This document shows positions 38,701 through 53,700 of a DNA stretch of 64,000 nucleotides, in pieces. Within the stretch, counting starts at the first letter, position 1, and the number at the start of each line of letters is the position of its first letter. The notes beneath the pieces are model-generated. The model was not told where the DNA came from. It worked only from the letters and a program-made list of their open reading frames with translations, and did no database searches. Source of the DNA: Eledone cirrhosa (taxonomy: Eukaryota); the NCBI GenBank assembly GCA_964016885.1, contig OZ024744.1, positions 23,064,001 through 23,128,000 of the forward strand. Reading direction: 5' to 3'. Position numbers and translations under genes: made by a program.

Positions 38701-41700
38701 TTGAAGATTCAACTGTTGTTAAGATGAGTCAGTTCTTAAGGTTGAACTGTTGATAAAACGAGTCAGTTCTTAAGATTCAACTGTTGTTAAAACGAGTTTT
38801 ATCTTAAGATTTAGCTGTTGTTAAAACGAGTCAGTTCTTAAGATTCAACTGTTGTTAAAACGAGTTTATCTTAAAATTCAGCCGTTGTTAAAACGAGTCA
38901 GTTCTTAAGATTCAACTGTTGTTAAAACGAGTTTTATCTTAAGATTCAACTGTTGTTAAAATGAGTCAGTTCTTAAGATTCAACTGTTGTTAAAACGAGT
39001 TTTATTTGAGGATTCAACTGTTGTTAAAACGAGTCAGTTCTTAAGGTTGAACTGTTGATAAAACGAGTCAGTTCTTAAGATTCAACTGTTGTTAAAACGA
39101 GTTTTATCTTAAGATTCAACTGTTGTTAAAATGAGTCAGTTCTTAATATTCAACTGTTGTTAAAACGAGTTTTATCTTAAGATTCAACTGTTGTTAAAAC
39201 GAGTCAGTTCTTAAGATTCAACTGTTGTTAAAACGAGTTTTATTTGAAGATTCAACTGTTGTTAAAACGAGTCAGTGCTTAAGGTTGAACTGTTGATAAA
39301 ACGAGTCAGTTCTTAAGATTCAACTGTTGTTAAAAAGAGTTTTATCTTAAGATTCAGCTGTTGTTAAAACGAGTCAGTTCTTAAGATTCAACTGTTGTTA
39401 AAACGAATTTTATCTTAAGATTCAACTGTTGTTAAAACGAGTTTTATCTTAAGATTCAGCTGTTGTTAAAACGAATCAGCTCTTAAGATTCAACTGTTGT
39501 TAAAACGAATTTTATTTGAAGATTCAACTGTTGTTAAGATGAGTCAGTTCTTAAGGTTGAACTGTTCATAAAACGAGTCAATTCTTAAGATTCAACTGTT
39601 GTTAAAACGAGTTTTATCTTAAGATTTAGCTGTTGTTAAAACGAGTTAGTTCTTAAGATTCAACTGTTGTTAAAACGAGTTTTATCTTAAGATTCAACTG
39701 TTGTTAAAACGAGTTTTATCTTAAGATTCAGCTGTTGTTAAAACGAGTCAGTTCTTAAGATTCAACTGTTGTTAAAACGAGTGTTATCTTAAGATTCATC
39801 TGTTGTTAAAACGAGTCAGTTCTGAAGAATCAACTGTTGTTAAAACGAGTTTTATTTGAAGATTCAACTGTTGTTAAAACGAGTCAGTGCTTAAGGTTGA
39901 ACTGTTGATAAAACGAGTCAGTTCTTAAGATTCAACTGTTGTTAAAACGAGTTTTATCTTAAGATTCAGATGTTGTTAAAACGAGTCAGTTCTTAAGATT
40001 CAACTGTTGTTAAAACAAATTTTATCTTAAGATTCAACTGTTGTTAAAACGAGTTTTATCTTAAGATTCAACTGTTGTTAAAATGAGTCAGTTCTTAAGA
40101 TTCAACTGTTGTAAAAACTAGTTTCATCTTAAGATTCAACCGTTGTTAAAACTAGTCAGTTCTTAAGATTCAACTGTAGTTAAAACGAGTTTTATCTGAA
40201 GATTCAACTGTTGTTAAAACGAATCAGTTCTTAAGATTCAGCTGTTGTTAAAATGAGTCAGTTCTTAAGATTCAACTGTTGTTAAAACGAGTTTTATCTT
40301 AAGATTCAACTGTTGTTAAAACGAGTCAGTTCTAAAGAATCAACTGTTGTTAAAACGAGTTTTATTTGAAGATTCAACTGTTGTTAAAACGAGTTTTATC
40401 TTAAGATTCAGCTGTTGTTAAAACGAGTCAGTTCTTAAGATACAACTGTTGTTAAAACGAATTTTATCTTAAGATTCAACTGTTGTTAAAACGAGTTTTA
40501 TCTTAAGATTCAGCTGTTGTTAAAACGAGTCAGTTCTTAAGATTCAACTGTTGTTAAAACGAGTTTTATTTGAGGATTCAACTGTTGTTAAAACGAGTCA
40601 GTTCTTAAGCTTGAACTGTTGATAAAACGAGTCAGTTCTTAAGATTCAACTGTTGTTAAAACGAGTTTTATCTAAAGATTCAGCTGTTGTTAAAATGAGT
40701 CAGTTCTTAAAATTCAACTGTTGTTAAAACGAGTTTTATCTTAAGATTCAACTGTTGTTAAAACGAGTCAGTTCTGAAGAATCAACTGTTGTCAAAACGA
40801 GTTTTATTTGAAGATTCAACTGTTGTTAAAACGAGTTTTATCTTAAGATTCAGCTGTTGTTAAAACGAGTCAGTTCTTAAGATTCAACTGTTGTTAAAAC
40901 GAGTTTTTTCTTAAGATTCAACTGTTGTTAAAACGAATCAGTTCTTAAGATTCAACTGTTGTTAAAATGAGTCAGTTCTTAAGATTCAACTGTTGTTAAA
41001 ACTAGTTTTATCTTAAGATTCAACTGTTGTTAAAACGAGTCAGTTCTTAAGATTCAACTGTAGTTAAAACGAGTTTTATCTGAAGATTCAACTGTTGTTA
41101 AAACGAATCAGTTCTTAAGATTCAACTGTTGTTAAAATGAGTCAGTTCTTAAGATTCAACTGTTGTTAAAACGAGTTTTATCTTAAGATTCAACTGTTGT
41201 TAACACGAGTCAGTTCTTAAGGTTGAACTGTTGTTAAAACGAGTCAGTTCTTAAGATTCAACTGTTGTTAAAACGAGTTTTATCTTAAGATTCAACTGTT
41301 GTTAAAATGAGTCAGTTCTTAAGATTCAACCGTTGTTAAAACGAGTTTTATCTTAAGATTCAACTGTTGTTAAAACGAGTCAGTTCTTAAGATTCAACTG
41401 TTGTTAAAGCGAGTTTTATTTGAAGATTCAACTGTTGTTAAAACGAGTCAGTGCTTAAGGTTGAACTGTTGATAAAACGAGTCAGTTCTTAAGATTCAAC
41501 TGTTGTTAAAACGAGTTTTATCTTAAGATTCAGCTGTTGTTAAAACGAGTCAGTTCTTAAGATTCAACTGTTGTTAAAACGAATGTTATCTTAAGATTCA
41601 ACTGTTGTTAAAACGAGTTTTATCTTAAGATTCAGCTGTTGTTAAAACGAATCAGTTCTTAAGATTCAACTGTTGTTAAAACGAATTTTATTTGAAGATT

Positions 41701-44700
41701 CAACTGTTGTTAAGATGAGTCAGTTCTTAAGGTTGAACTGTTGATAAAACGAGTCAGTTCTTAAGATTCAACTGTTGTTAAAACGAGTTTTTTCTTAAGA
41801 TTTAGCTGTTGTTAAAACGAGTCAGTTCTTAAGATTCAACTGTTGTTAAAACGAGTTTATCTTAAAATTCAGCCGTTGTTAAAACGAGTCAGTTCTTAAG
41901 ATTCAACTGTTGTTAAAACGAGTTTTATCTTAAGATTCAACTGTTGTTAAAATGAGTCAGTTCTTAAGATTCAACTGTTGTTAAAACGAGTTTTATTTGA
42001 GGATTCAACTGTTGTTAAAACGAGTCAGTTCTTAAGGTTGAACTGTTGATAAAACGAGTCAGTTCTTAAGATTCAACTGTTGTTAAAACAAGTTTTATCT
42101 TAAGATTCAACTGTTGTTAAAACGAGTCAGTTCTGAAGAATCAACTGTTGTTAAAACGAGTTTTATTTGAAGATTCAACTGTTGTTAAAACGAGTCAGTG
42201 CTTAAGGTTGAACTGTTGATAAAACGAGTCAGTTCTTAAGATTCAACTGTTGTTAAAACGAGTCAGTTCCTAAGATTCAACTGTTGTTAAAACGAATTTT
42301 ATCTTAAGATTCAACAGTTGTTAAAACGAGTTTTATCTTAAGATTCAGCTGTTGTTAAAACGAATCAGTTCTTAAGATTCAACTGTTGTTAAAACGAGTT
42401 TTATCTTAAGCTTCAACTGTTGTTAAAACGAATCAGTTCTTAAGATTCAACTGTTGTTAAAATGAGTCAGCTCTTAAGATTCAACTGTTGTTAAAACGAG
42501 TTTTATCTTAAGATTCAACTGTTGTTAAAACGAGTCAGTTCTTAAGATTCAACTGTTGTTAAAACGAGTTTTATTTGAGGATTCAACTGTTGTTAAAACG
42601 AGTCAGTTCTGAAGAATCAACTGTTGTTAAAACGAGTTTTATTTGAAGATTCAACTGTTGTTAAAACGAGTTTTATCTTAAGATTCAGCTGTTGTTAAAA
42701 CGAATCAGTTCTTAAGATTCAACTGTTGTTAAAACGAGTTTTATCTTAAGATTCAACTGTTGTTAAAACGAATCAGTTCTTAAGATTCAACTGTTGTTAA
42801 AATGAGTCAGTTCTTAAGATTCAACTGTTGTTAAAACTAGTTTTATCTTAAGGTTCAACTGTTGTTAAAACGAGTCAGTTCTTAAGATTCAACTGTAGTT
42901 AAAACGAGTTTTATCTGAAGATTCAACTGTTGTTAAAACGAATCAGTTCTTAAGATTCAACTGTTGTTAAAATGAGTCAGTTCTTAAGATTCAACTGTTG
43001 TTAAAACGAGTTTTATCTTAAGATTCAACTGTTGTTAAAACGAGTCAGTTCTTAAGGTTGAACTGTTGTTAAAACGAGTCAGTTCTTAAGATTCAACTGT
43101 TGTTAAAACGAGTTTTATCTTAAGATTCAACTGTTGTTAAAATGAGTCAGTTCTTAAGATTCAACCGTTGTTAAAACGAGTTTTATCTTAAGATTCAACT
43201 GTTGTTAAAACGAGTCAGTTCTTAAGATTCAACTGTTGTTAAAGCGAGTTTTATTTGAAGATTCAACTGTTGTTAAAACGAGTCAGTGTTTAAGGTTGAA
43301 CTGTTGATAAAACGAGTCAGTTCTTAAGATTCAACTGTTGTTAAAACGAGTTTTATCTTAAGATTCAGCTGTTGTTAAAACGAGTCAGTTCTTAAGATTC
43401 AACTGTTGTTAAAACGAATGTTATCTTAAGATTCAACTGTTGTTAAAACGAGTTTTATCTTAAGATTCAGCTGTTGTTAAAACGAATCAGTTCTTAAGAT
43501 TCAACTGTTGTTAAAACGAATTTTATTTGAAGATTCAACTGTTGTTAAGATGAGTCAGTTCTTAAGGTTGAACTGTTGATAAAACGAGTCAGTTCTTAAG
43601 ATTCAACTGTTGTTAAAACGAGTTTTTTCTTAAGATTTAGCTGTTGTTAAAACGAGTCAGTTCTTAAGATTCAACTGTTGTTAAAACGAGTTTATCTTAA
43701 AATTCAGCCGTTGTTAAAACGAGTCAGTTCTTAAGATTCAACTGTTGTTAAAACGAGTTTTATCTTAAGATTCAACTGTTGTTAAAATGAGTCAGTTCTT
43801 AAGATTCAACTGTTGTTAAAACGAGTTTTATTTGAGGATTCAACTGTTGTTAAAACGAGTCAGTTCTTAAGGTTGAACTGTTGATAAAACGAGTCAGTTC
43901 TTAAGATTCAACTGTTGTTAAAACAAGTTTTATCTTAAGATTCAACTGTTGTTAAAACGAGTCAGTTCTGAAGAATCAACTGTTGTTAAAACGAGTTTTA
44001 TTTGAAGATTCAACTGTTGTTAAAACGAGTCAGTGCTTAAGGTTGAACTGTTGATAAAACGAGTCAGTTCTTAAGATTCAACTGTTGTTAAAACGAGTCA
44101 GTTCCTAAGATTCAACTGTTGTTAAAACGAATTTTATCTTAAGATTCAACAGTTGTTAAAACGAGTTTTATCTTAAGATTCAGCTGTTGTTAAAACGAAT
44201 CAGTTCTTAAGATTCAACTGTTGTTAAAACGAGTTTTATCTTAAGCTTCAACTGTTGTTAAAACGAATCAGTTCTTAAGATTCAACTGTTGTTAAAATGA
44301 GTCAGCTCTTAAGATTCAACTGTTGTTAAAACGAGTTTTATCTTAAGATTCAACTGTTGTTAAAACGAGTCAGTTCTTAAGATTCAACTGTTGTTAAAAC
44401 GAGTTTTATTTGAGGATTCAACTGTTGTTAAAACGAGTCAGTTCTGAAGAATCAACTGTTGTTAAAACGAGTTTTATTTGAAGATTCAACTGTTGTTAAA
44501 ACGAGTTTTATCTTAAGATTCAGCTGTTGTTAAAACGAATCAGTTCTTAAGATTCAACTGTTGTTAAAACGAGTTTTATCTTAAGATTCAACTGTTGTTA
44601 AAACGAATCAGTTCTTAAGATTCAACTGTTGTTAAAATGAGTCAGTTCTTAAGATTCAACTGTTGTTAAAACTAGTTTTATCTTAAGATTCAACTGTTGT

Positions 44701-47700
44701 TAAAACGAGTCAGTTCTTAAGATTCAACTGTAGTTAAAACGAGTTTTATCTGAAGATTCAACTGTTGTTAAAACGAATCAGTTCTTAAGATTCAACTGTT
44801 GTTAAAATGAGTCAGTTCTTAAGATTCAACTGTTGTTAAAACGAGTTTTATCTTAAGATTCAACTGTTGTTAAAACGAGTCAGTTCTTAAGGTTGAACTG
44901 TTGTTAAAACGAGTCAGTTCTTAAGATTCAACTGTTGTTAAAACGAGTTTTATCTTAAGATTCAACTGTTGTTAAAATGAGTCAGTTCTTAAGATTCAAC
45001 CGTTGTTAAAACGAGTTTTATCTTAAGATTCAACTGTTGTTAAAACGAGTCAGTTCTTAAGATTCAACTGTTGTTAAAGCGAGTTTTATTTGAAGATTCA
45101 ACTGTTGTTAAAACGAGTCAGTGCTTAAGGTTGAACTGTTGATAAAACGAGTCAGTTCTTAAGATTCAACTGTTGTTAAAACGAGTTTTATCTTAAGATT
45201 CAGCTGTTGTTAAAACGAATCAGTTCTTAAGATTCAACTGTTGTTAAAACGAATTTTATTTGAAGATTCAACTGTTGTTAAGATGAGTCAGTTCTTAAGG
45301 TTGAACTGTTGATAAAACGAGTCAGTTCTTAAGATTCAACTGTTGTTAAAACGAGTTTTATCTTAAGATTTAGCTGTTGTTAAAACGAGTCAGTTCTTAA
45401 GATTCATCTGTTGTTAAAACGAGTTTATCTTAAAATTCAGCCGTTGTTAAAACGAGTCAGTTCTTAAGATTCAACTGTTGTTAAAACGAGTTTTATCTTA
45501 AGATTCAACTGTTGTTAAAATGAGTCAGTTCTTAAGATTCAACTGTTGTTAAAACGAGTTTTATTTGAGGATTCAACTGTTGTTAAAACGAGTCAGTTCT
45601 TAAGGTTGAACTGTTGATAAAACGAGTCAGTTCTTAAGATTCAACTGTTGTTAAAACAAGTTTTATCTTAAGATTCAACTGTTGTTAAAACGAGTCAGTT
45701 CTGAAGAATCAACTGTTGTTAAAACGAGTTTTATTTGAAGATTCAACTGTTGTTAAAACGAGTCAGTGCTTAAGGTTGAACTGTTGATAAAACGAGTCAG
45801 TTCTTAAGATTCAACTGTTGTTAAAACGAGTCAGTTCCTAAGATTCAACTGTTGTTAAAACGAATTTTATCTTAAGATTCAACAGTTGTTAAAACGAGTT
45901 TTATCTTAAGATTCAGCTGTTGTTAAAACGAATCAGTTCTTAAGATTCAACTGTTGTTAAAACGAGTTTTATCTTAAGCTTCAACTGTTGTTAAAACGAG
46001 TCAGTTCTTAAGATTCAACTGTTGTTAAAACGAGTTTTATTTGAAGATTCAACTGTTGTTAAAACGAGTCAGTGCTTAAGGTTGAACTGTTGATAAAACG
46101 AGTCAGTTCTTAAGATTCAACTGTTGTTAAAAAGAGTTTTATCTTAAGATTCAGCTGTTGTTAAAACGAGTCAGTTCTTAAGATTCAACTGTTGTTAAAA
46201 CGAATTTTATCTTAAGATTCAACTGTTGTTAAAACGAGTTTTATCTTAAGATTCAGCTGTTGTTAAAACGAATCAGTTCTTAAGATTCAACTGTTGTTAA
46301 AACGAGTTTTATTTGAAGAGTCAACTGTTGTTAAGATGAGTCAGTTCTTCAGGTTGAACTCTTGATAAAACGAGTCAGTTCTTAAGATTCAACTGTTGTA
46401 AAACGAGTTTTATCTTAAGATTCAGCTGTTGTTAAAACGAGTCAGTTCTTAAGATTCAACTGTTGTTAAAACGAGTTTTATCTTAAGATTCAACTGTTGT
46501 TAAAACGAATCAGTTCTTAAGATTCAACTGTTGTTAAAATGAGTCAGTTCTTAAGATTCAACTGTTGTAAAAACTAGTTTCATCTTAAGATTCAACTGTT
46601 GTTAAAACTAGTCAGTTCTTAAGATTCAACTGTAGTTAAAACGAGTTTTATCTGAAGATTCAACTGTTGTTAAAACGAATCAGTTCTTAAGATTCAACTG
46701 TTGTTAAAATGAGTCAGCTCTTAAGATTCAACTGTTGTTAAAACGAGTTTTATCTTACGATTCAACTGTTGTTAAAACGAGTCAGTTCTTAAGATTCAAC
46801 TGTTGTTAAAACGAGTTCTATTTGAGGATTCAACTGTTGTTAAAACGAGTCAGTTCTTAAGGTTGAACTGTTGATAAAACGAGTCAGTTCTTAAGATTCA
46901 ACTGTTGTTAAAACGAGTTTTATCTAAAGATTCAGCTGTTGTTAAAATGAGTCAGTTCTTAAGATTCAACTGTTGTTAAAACGCGTTTTATCTTAAGATT
47001 CAACTGTTGTTAAAACGAGTCAGTTCTGAAGAATCAACTGTTGTTAAAACGAGTTTTATTTGAAGATTCAACTGTTGTTAAAACGAGTTTTATCTTAAGA
47101 TTCAGCTGTTGTTAAAACGAGTCAGTTCTTAAGATACAACTGTTGTTAAAACGAATTTTATCTTAAGATTCAACTGTTGTTAAAACGAGTTTTATCTTAA
47201 GATTCAGCTGTTGTTAAAACGAATCAGTTCTTAAGATTCAACTGTTGTTAAAACGAGTTTTATTTGAAGATTCAACTGTTGTAAAACGAGTTTTATCTTA
47301 AGATTCAGCTGTTGTTAAAACGAGTCAGTTCTTAAGATTCAACTGTTGTTAAAACGAGTTTTATCTTAAGATTCAACTGTTGTTAAAACGAATCAGTTCT
47401 TAAGATTCAACTGTTGTTAAAATGAGTCAGTTCTTAAGATTCAACTGTTGTTAAAACGAGTTTTATCTTAAGATTCAACTGTTGTTAAAACGAGTCAGTT
47501 CTTAAGATTCAACTGTAGTTAAAACGAGTTTTATCTGAAGATTCAACTGTTGTTAAAACGAATCAGTTCTTAAGATTCAACTGTTGTTAAAATGAGTCAG
47601 TTCTTAAGATTCAACTGTTGTTAAAACGAGTTTTATCTTAAGATTCAACTGTTGTTAAAACGAGTCAGTACTTAAGGTTGAACTGTTGTTAAAACGAGTC

Positions 47701-50700
47701 AGTTCTTAAGATTCAACTGTTGTTAAAACGAGTTTTATCTTAAGATTCAACTGTTGTTAAAATGAGTCAGTTCTTAAGATTCAACCGTTGTTAAAACGAG
47801 TTTTATCTCAAGATTCAACTGTTGTTAAAACGAGTCAGTTCTTAAGATTCAACTGTTGTTAAAGCGAGTTTTATTTGAAGATTTAACTGTTGTTAAAACG
47901 AGTCAGTGCTTAAGGTTGAACTGTTGATAAAACGAGTCAGTTCTTAAGATTCAACTGTTGTTAAAACGAGTTTTATCTTAAGATTCAGCTGTTGTTAAAA
48001 CGAGTCAGTTCTTAAGATTCAACTGTTGTTAAAACGAATTTTATCTTAAGATTCAACTGTTGTTAAAACGAGTTTTATCTTAAGATTCAGCTGTTGTTAA
48101 AACGAATCAGTTCTTAAGATTCAACTGTTGTTAAAACGAATTTTATTTGAAGATTCAACTGTTGTTAAGATGAGTCAGTTCTTAAGATTCAACTGTTGTT
48201 AAAACGAGTTTATCTTAAAATTCAGCCGTTGTTAAAACGAGTCAGTTCTTAAGATTCAACTGTTGTTAAAACGAGTTTTATCTTAAGATTCAACTGTTGT
48301 TAAAATGAGTCAGTTCTTAAGATTCAACTGTTGTTAAAACGAGTTTTATTTGAGGATTCAACTGTTGTTAAAACGAGTCAGTTCTTAAGGTTGAACTGTT
48401 GATAAAACGAGTCAGTTCTTAAGATTCAACTGTTGTTAAAACAAGTTTTATCTTAAGATTCAACTGTTGCTAAAACGAGTCAGTTCTGAAGAATCAACTG
48501 TTGTTAAAACGAGTTTTATTTGAAGATTCAACTGTTGTTAAAACGAGTCAGTGCTTAAGGTTGAACTGTTGATAAAACGAGTCAGTTCTTAAGATTCAAC
48601 TGTTGTTAAAACGAGTTTTATCTTAAGATTCAACTGTTGTTAAAACGAGTCAGTTCTTAAGATTCAACTGTTGTTAAAACGAATTTTATCTTAAGATTCA
48701 ACAGTTGTTAAAACGAGTTTTATCTTAAGATTCAGCTGTTGTTAAAACGAATCAGTTCTTAAGATTCAACTGTTGTTAAAACGAGTTTTATCTTAAGATT
48801 CAACTGTTGTTAAAACGAGTCAGTTCTTAAGGTTGAACTGATGTTAAAACGAGTCAGTTCTTAAGATTCAACTGTTGTTAAAACGAGTTTTATCTTAAGA
48901 TTCAACTGTTGTTAAAATGAGTCAGTTCTTAAGATTCAACTGTTGTTAAAACGAGTTTTATCTTAAGATTCAACTGTTGTTAAAACGAGTCAGTTCTTAA
49001 GATTCAACTGTTGTTAAAACGAGTTTTATTTGAAGATTCAACTGTTGTTAAAACGAGTCAGTGCTTAAGGTTGAACTGTGGATAAAACGAGTCAGTTCTT
49101 AAGATTCAACTGTTGTTAAAAAGAGTTTTATCTTAAGATACAGCTGTTGTTAAAACGAGTCAGTTCTTAAGATTCAACTGTTGTTAAAACGAATTTTATC
49201 TTAAGATTCAACTGTTGTTAAAACGAGTTTTATCTTAAGATTCAGCTGTTGTTAAAACGAATCAGTTCTTAAGATTCAACTGTTGTTAAAACGAATTTTA
49301 TTTGAAGATTCAACTGTTGTTAAGATGAGTCAGTTCTTAAGGTTGAACTGTTCATAAAACGAGTCAGTTCTTAAGATTCAACTGTTGTTAAAACGAGTTT
49401 TATCTTAAGATTTAGCTGTTGTTAAAACGAGTTAGTTCTTAAGATTCAACTGTTGTTAAAACGGGTTTATCTTAAAATTCAGCCGTTGTTAAAACGAGTC
49501 AGTTCTTAAGATTCAACTGTTGTTAAAACGAGTTTTATCTTAAGATTCAACTGTTGTTAAAATGAGTCAGTTCTTAAGATTCAACTGTTGTTAAAACGAG
49601 TTTTATCTTTAGATTCAACTGTTGTTAAAACGAATCAGTACTTAAGATTCAACTGTTGTTAAAACGAGTTTTATTTGAAGATTCAACTGTTGTTAAGATG
49701 AGTCAGTTCTTAAGGTTGAACTCTTGATAAAACGAGTCAGTTCTTAAGATTCAACTGTTGTAAAACGAGTTTTATCTTAAGATTCAGCTGTTGTTAAAAC
49801 GAGTCAGTTCTTAAGATTCAAATGTTGTTAAAACGAGTTTTATCTTAAGATTCAACTGTTGTTAAAACGAATCAGTTCTTAAGATTCAACTGTTGTTAAA
49901 ATGAGTCAGTTCTTAAGATTCAACTGTTGTAAAAACTAGTTTCATCTTAAGATTCAACTGTTGTTAAAACTAGTCAGTTCTTAAGATTCAACTGTAGTTA
50001 AAACGAGTTTTATCTGAAGATTCAACTGTTGTTAAAACGAATCAGTTCTTAAGATTCAACTGTTGTTAAAATGAGTCAGCTCTTAAGATTCAACTGTTGT
50101 TAAAACGAGTCAGTTCTTAAGATTCAACTGTTGTTAAAACGAGTTTTATTTAAGGATTCAACTGTTGTTAAAACGAGTCAGTTCTTAAGGTTGAACTGTT
50201 GATAAAACGAGTCAGTTCTTAAGATTCAACTGTTGTTAAAACGAGTTTTATCTAAAGATTCAGCTGTTGTTAAAATGAGTCAGTTCTTAAGATTCAACTG
50301 TTGTTAAAACGAGTTTTATCTTAAGATTCAACTGTTGTTAAAACGAGTCAGTTCTGAAGAATCAACTGTTGGTAAAACGAGTTTTATTTGAAGATTCAAC
50401 TGTTGTTAAAACGAGTTTTATCTTAAGATTCAGCTGTTGTTAAAACGAGTCAGTTCTTAAGATACTACTGTTGTTAAAACGAATTTTATCTTAAGATTCA
50501 ACTGTTGTTAAAACGAGTTTTATCTTAAGATTCAGCTGTTGTTAAAACGAATCAGTTCTTAAGATTCAACTGTTGTTAAAACGAGTTTTATTTGAAGATT
50601 CAACTGTTGTAAAACGAGTTTTATCTTAAGATTCAGCTGTTGTTAAAACGAGTCAGTTCTTAAGATTCAACTGTTGTTAAAACGAGTTTTATCTTAAGAT

Positions 50701-53700
50701 TCAACTGTTGTTAAAACGAATCAGTTCTTAAGATTCAACTGTTGTTAAAATGAGTCAGTTCTTAAGATTCAACTGTTGTTAAAACGAGTTTTATCTTAAG
50801 ACTCAACTGTTGTTAAAACGAGTCAGTTCTTAAGATTCAACTGTAGTTAAAACGAGTTTTATCTGAAGATTCAACTGTTGTTAAAACGAATCAGTTCTTA
50901 AGATTCAACTGTTGTTAAAATGAGTCAGTTCTTAAGATTCAACTGTTGTTAAAACGAGTTTTATCTTAAGATTCAACTGTTGTTAAAACGAGTCAGTTCT
51001 TAAGGTTGAACTGTTGTTAAAACGAGTCAGTTCTTAAGATTCAACTGTTGTTAAAACGAGTTTTATCTTAAGATTCAACTGTTGTTAAAATGAGTCAGTT
51101 CTTAAGATTCAACCGTTGTTAAAACGAGTTTTATCTTAAGATTAAACTGTTGTTAACACGAGTCAGTTCTTAAGATTCAACTGTTGTTAAAGCGAGTTTT
51201 ATTTGAAGATTCAACTGTTGTTAAAACGAGTCAGTGCTTAAGGTTGAACTGTTGATAAAACGAGTCAGTTCTTAAGATTCAACTGTTGTTAAAACGAGTT
51301 TTATCTTAAGATTCAGCTGTTGTTAAAACGAGTCAGTTCTTAAGATTCAACTGTTGTTAAAACGAGTTTTATTTGAAGATTCAACTGTTGTAAAACGAGT
51401 TTTATCTTAAGATTCAGCTGTTGTTAAAACGAGTCAGTTCTTAAGATTCAACTGTTGTTAAAACGAGTTTTATCTTAAGATTCAACTGTTGTTAAAACGA
51501 ATCAGTTCTTAAGATTCAACTGTTGTTAAAATGAGTCAGTTCTTAAGATTCAACTGTTGTTAAAACGAGTCAGTTATTAAGATTCAACTGTAGTTAAAAC
51601 GAGTTTTATCTGAAGATTCAACTGTTGTTAAAACGAATCAGTTCTTAAGATTCAACTGTTGTTAAAACGAATCAGTTCTTAAGATTCAACTGTTGTTAAA
51701 ATGAGTCAGTTCTTAAGATTCAACTGTTGTTAAAACGAGTTTTATCTTAAGATTCAACTGTTGTTAAAACGAGTCAGTACTTAAGGTTGAACTGTTGTTA
51801 AAACGAGTCAGTTCTTAAGATTCAACTGTTGTTAAAACGAGTTTTATCTTAAGATTCAACTGTTGTTAAAATGAGTCAGTTCTTAAGATTCAACCGTTGT
51901 TAAAACGAGTTTTATCTTAAGATTCAACTGTTGTTAAAACGAGTCAGTTCTTAAGATTCAACTGTTGTTAAAGCGAGTTTTATTTGAAGATTTAACTGTT
52001 GTTAAAACGAGTCAGTGCTTAAGGTTGAACTGTTGATAAAACGAGTCAGTTCTTAAGATTCAACTGTTGTTAAAACGAAATTTATCTTAAGATTCAGCTG
52101 TTGTTAAAACGAGTCAGTTCTTAAGATTCAACTGTTGTTAAAACGAATTTTATCTTAAGATTCAACTGTTGTTAAAACGAGTTTTATCTTAAGATTCAGC
52201 TGTTGTTAAAACGAATCAGTTCTTAAGATTCAACTGTTGTTAAAACGAATTTTATTTGAAGATTCAACTGTTGTTAAGATGAGTCAGTTCTTAAGATTCA
52301 ACTGTTGTTAAAACGAGTTTATCTTAAAATTCAGCCGTTGTTAAAACGAGTCAGTTCTTAAGATTCAACTGTTGTTAAAACGAGTTTTATCTTAAGATTC
52401 AACTGTTGTTAAAATGAGTCAGTTCTTAAGATTCAACTGTTGTTAAAACGAGTTTTATTTGAGGATTCAACTGTTGTTAAAACGAGTCAGTTCTTAAGGT
52501 TGAACTGTTGATAAAACGAGTCAGTTCTTAAGATTCAACTGTTGTTAAAACAAGTTTTATCTTAAGATTCAACTGTTGTTAAAACGAGTCAGTTCTGAAG
52601 AATCAACTGTTGTTAAAACGAGTTTTATTTGAAGATTCAACTGTTGTTAAAACGAGTCAGTGCTTAAGGTTGAACTGTTGATAAAACGAGTCAGTTCTTA
52701 AGATTCAACTGTTGTTAAAACGAGTTTTATCTTAAGATTCAGCTGTTGTTAAAACGAGTCAGTTCTTAAGATTCAACTGTTGTTAAAACGAATTTTATCT
52801 TAAGATTCAACAGTTGTTAAAACGAGTTTTATCTTAAGATTCAGCTGTTGTTAAAACGAATCAGTTCTTAAGATTCAACTGTTGTTAAAACGAGTTTTAT
52901 CTTAAGATTCAACTGTTGTTAAAACGAGTCAGTTCTTAAGGTTGAACTGATGTTAAAACGAGTCAGTTCTTAAGATTCAACTGTTGTTAAAACGAGTTTT
53001 ATCTTAAGATTCAACTGTTGTTAAAATGAGTCAGTTCTTAAGATTCAACTGTTGTTAAAACGAGTTTTATCTTAAGATTCAACTGTTGTTAAAACGAGTC
53101 AGTTCTTAAGATTCAACTGTTGTTAAAACGAGTTTTATTTGAAGATTCAACTGTTGTTAAAACGAGTCAGTGCTTAAGGTTGAACTGTGGATAAAACGAG
53201 TCAGTTCTTAAGATTCAACTGTTGTTAAAAAGAGTTTTATCTTAAGATACAGCTGTTGTTAAAACGAGTCAGTTCTTAAGAGTCAACTGTTGTTAAAACG
53301 AATTTTATCTTAAGATTCAACTGTTGTTAAAACGAGTTTTATCTTAAGATTCAGCTGTTGTTAAAACGAATCAGTTCTTAAGATTCAACTGTTGTTAAAA
53401 CGAATTTTATTTGAAGATTCAACTGTTGTTAAGATGAGTCAGTTCTTAAGGTTGAACTGTTCATAAAACGAGTCAGTTCTTAAGATTCAACTGTTGTTAA
53501 AACGAGTTTTATCTTAAGATTTAGCTGTTGTTAAAACGAGTTAGTTCTTAAGATTCAACTGTTGTTAAAACGGGTTTATCTTAAAATTCAGCCGTTGTTA
53601 AAACGAGTCAGTTCTTAAGATTCAACTGTTGTTAAAACGAGTTTTATCTTAAGATTCAACTGTTGTTAAAATGAGTCAGTTCTTAAGATTCAACTGTTGT

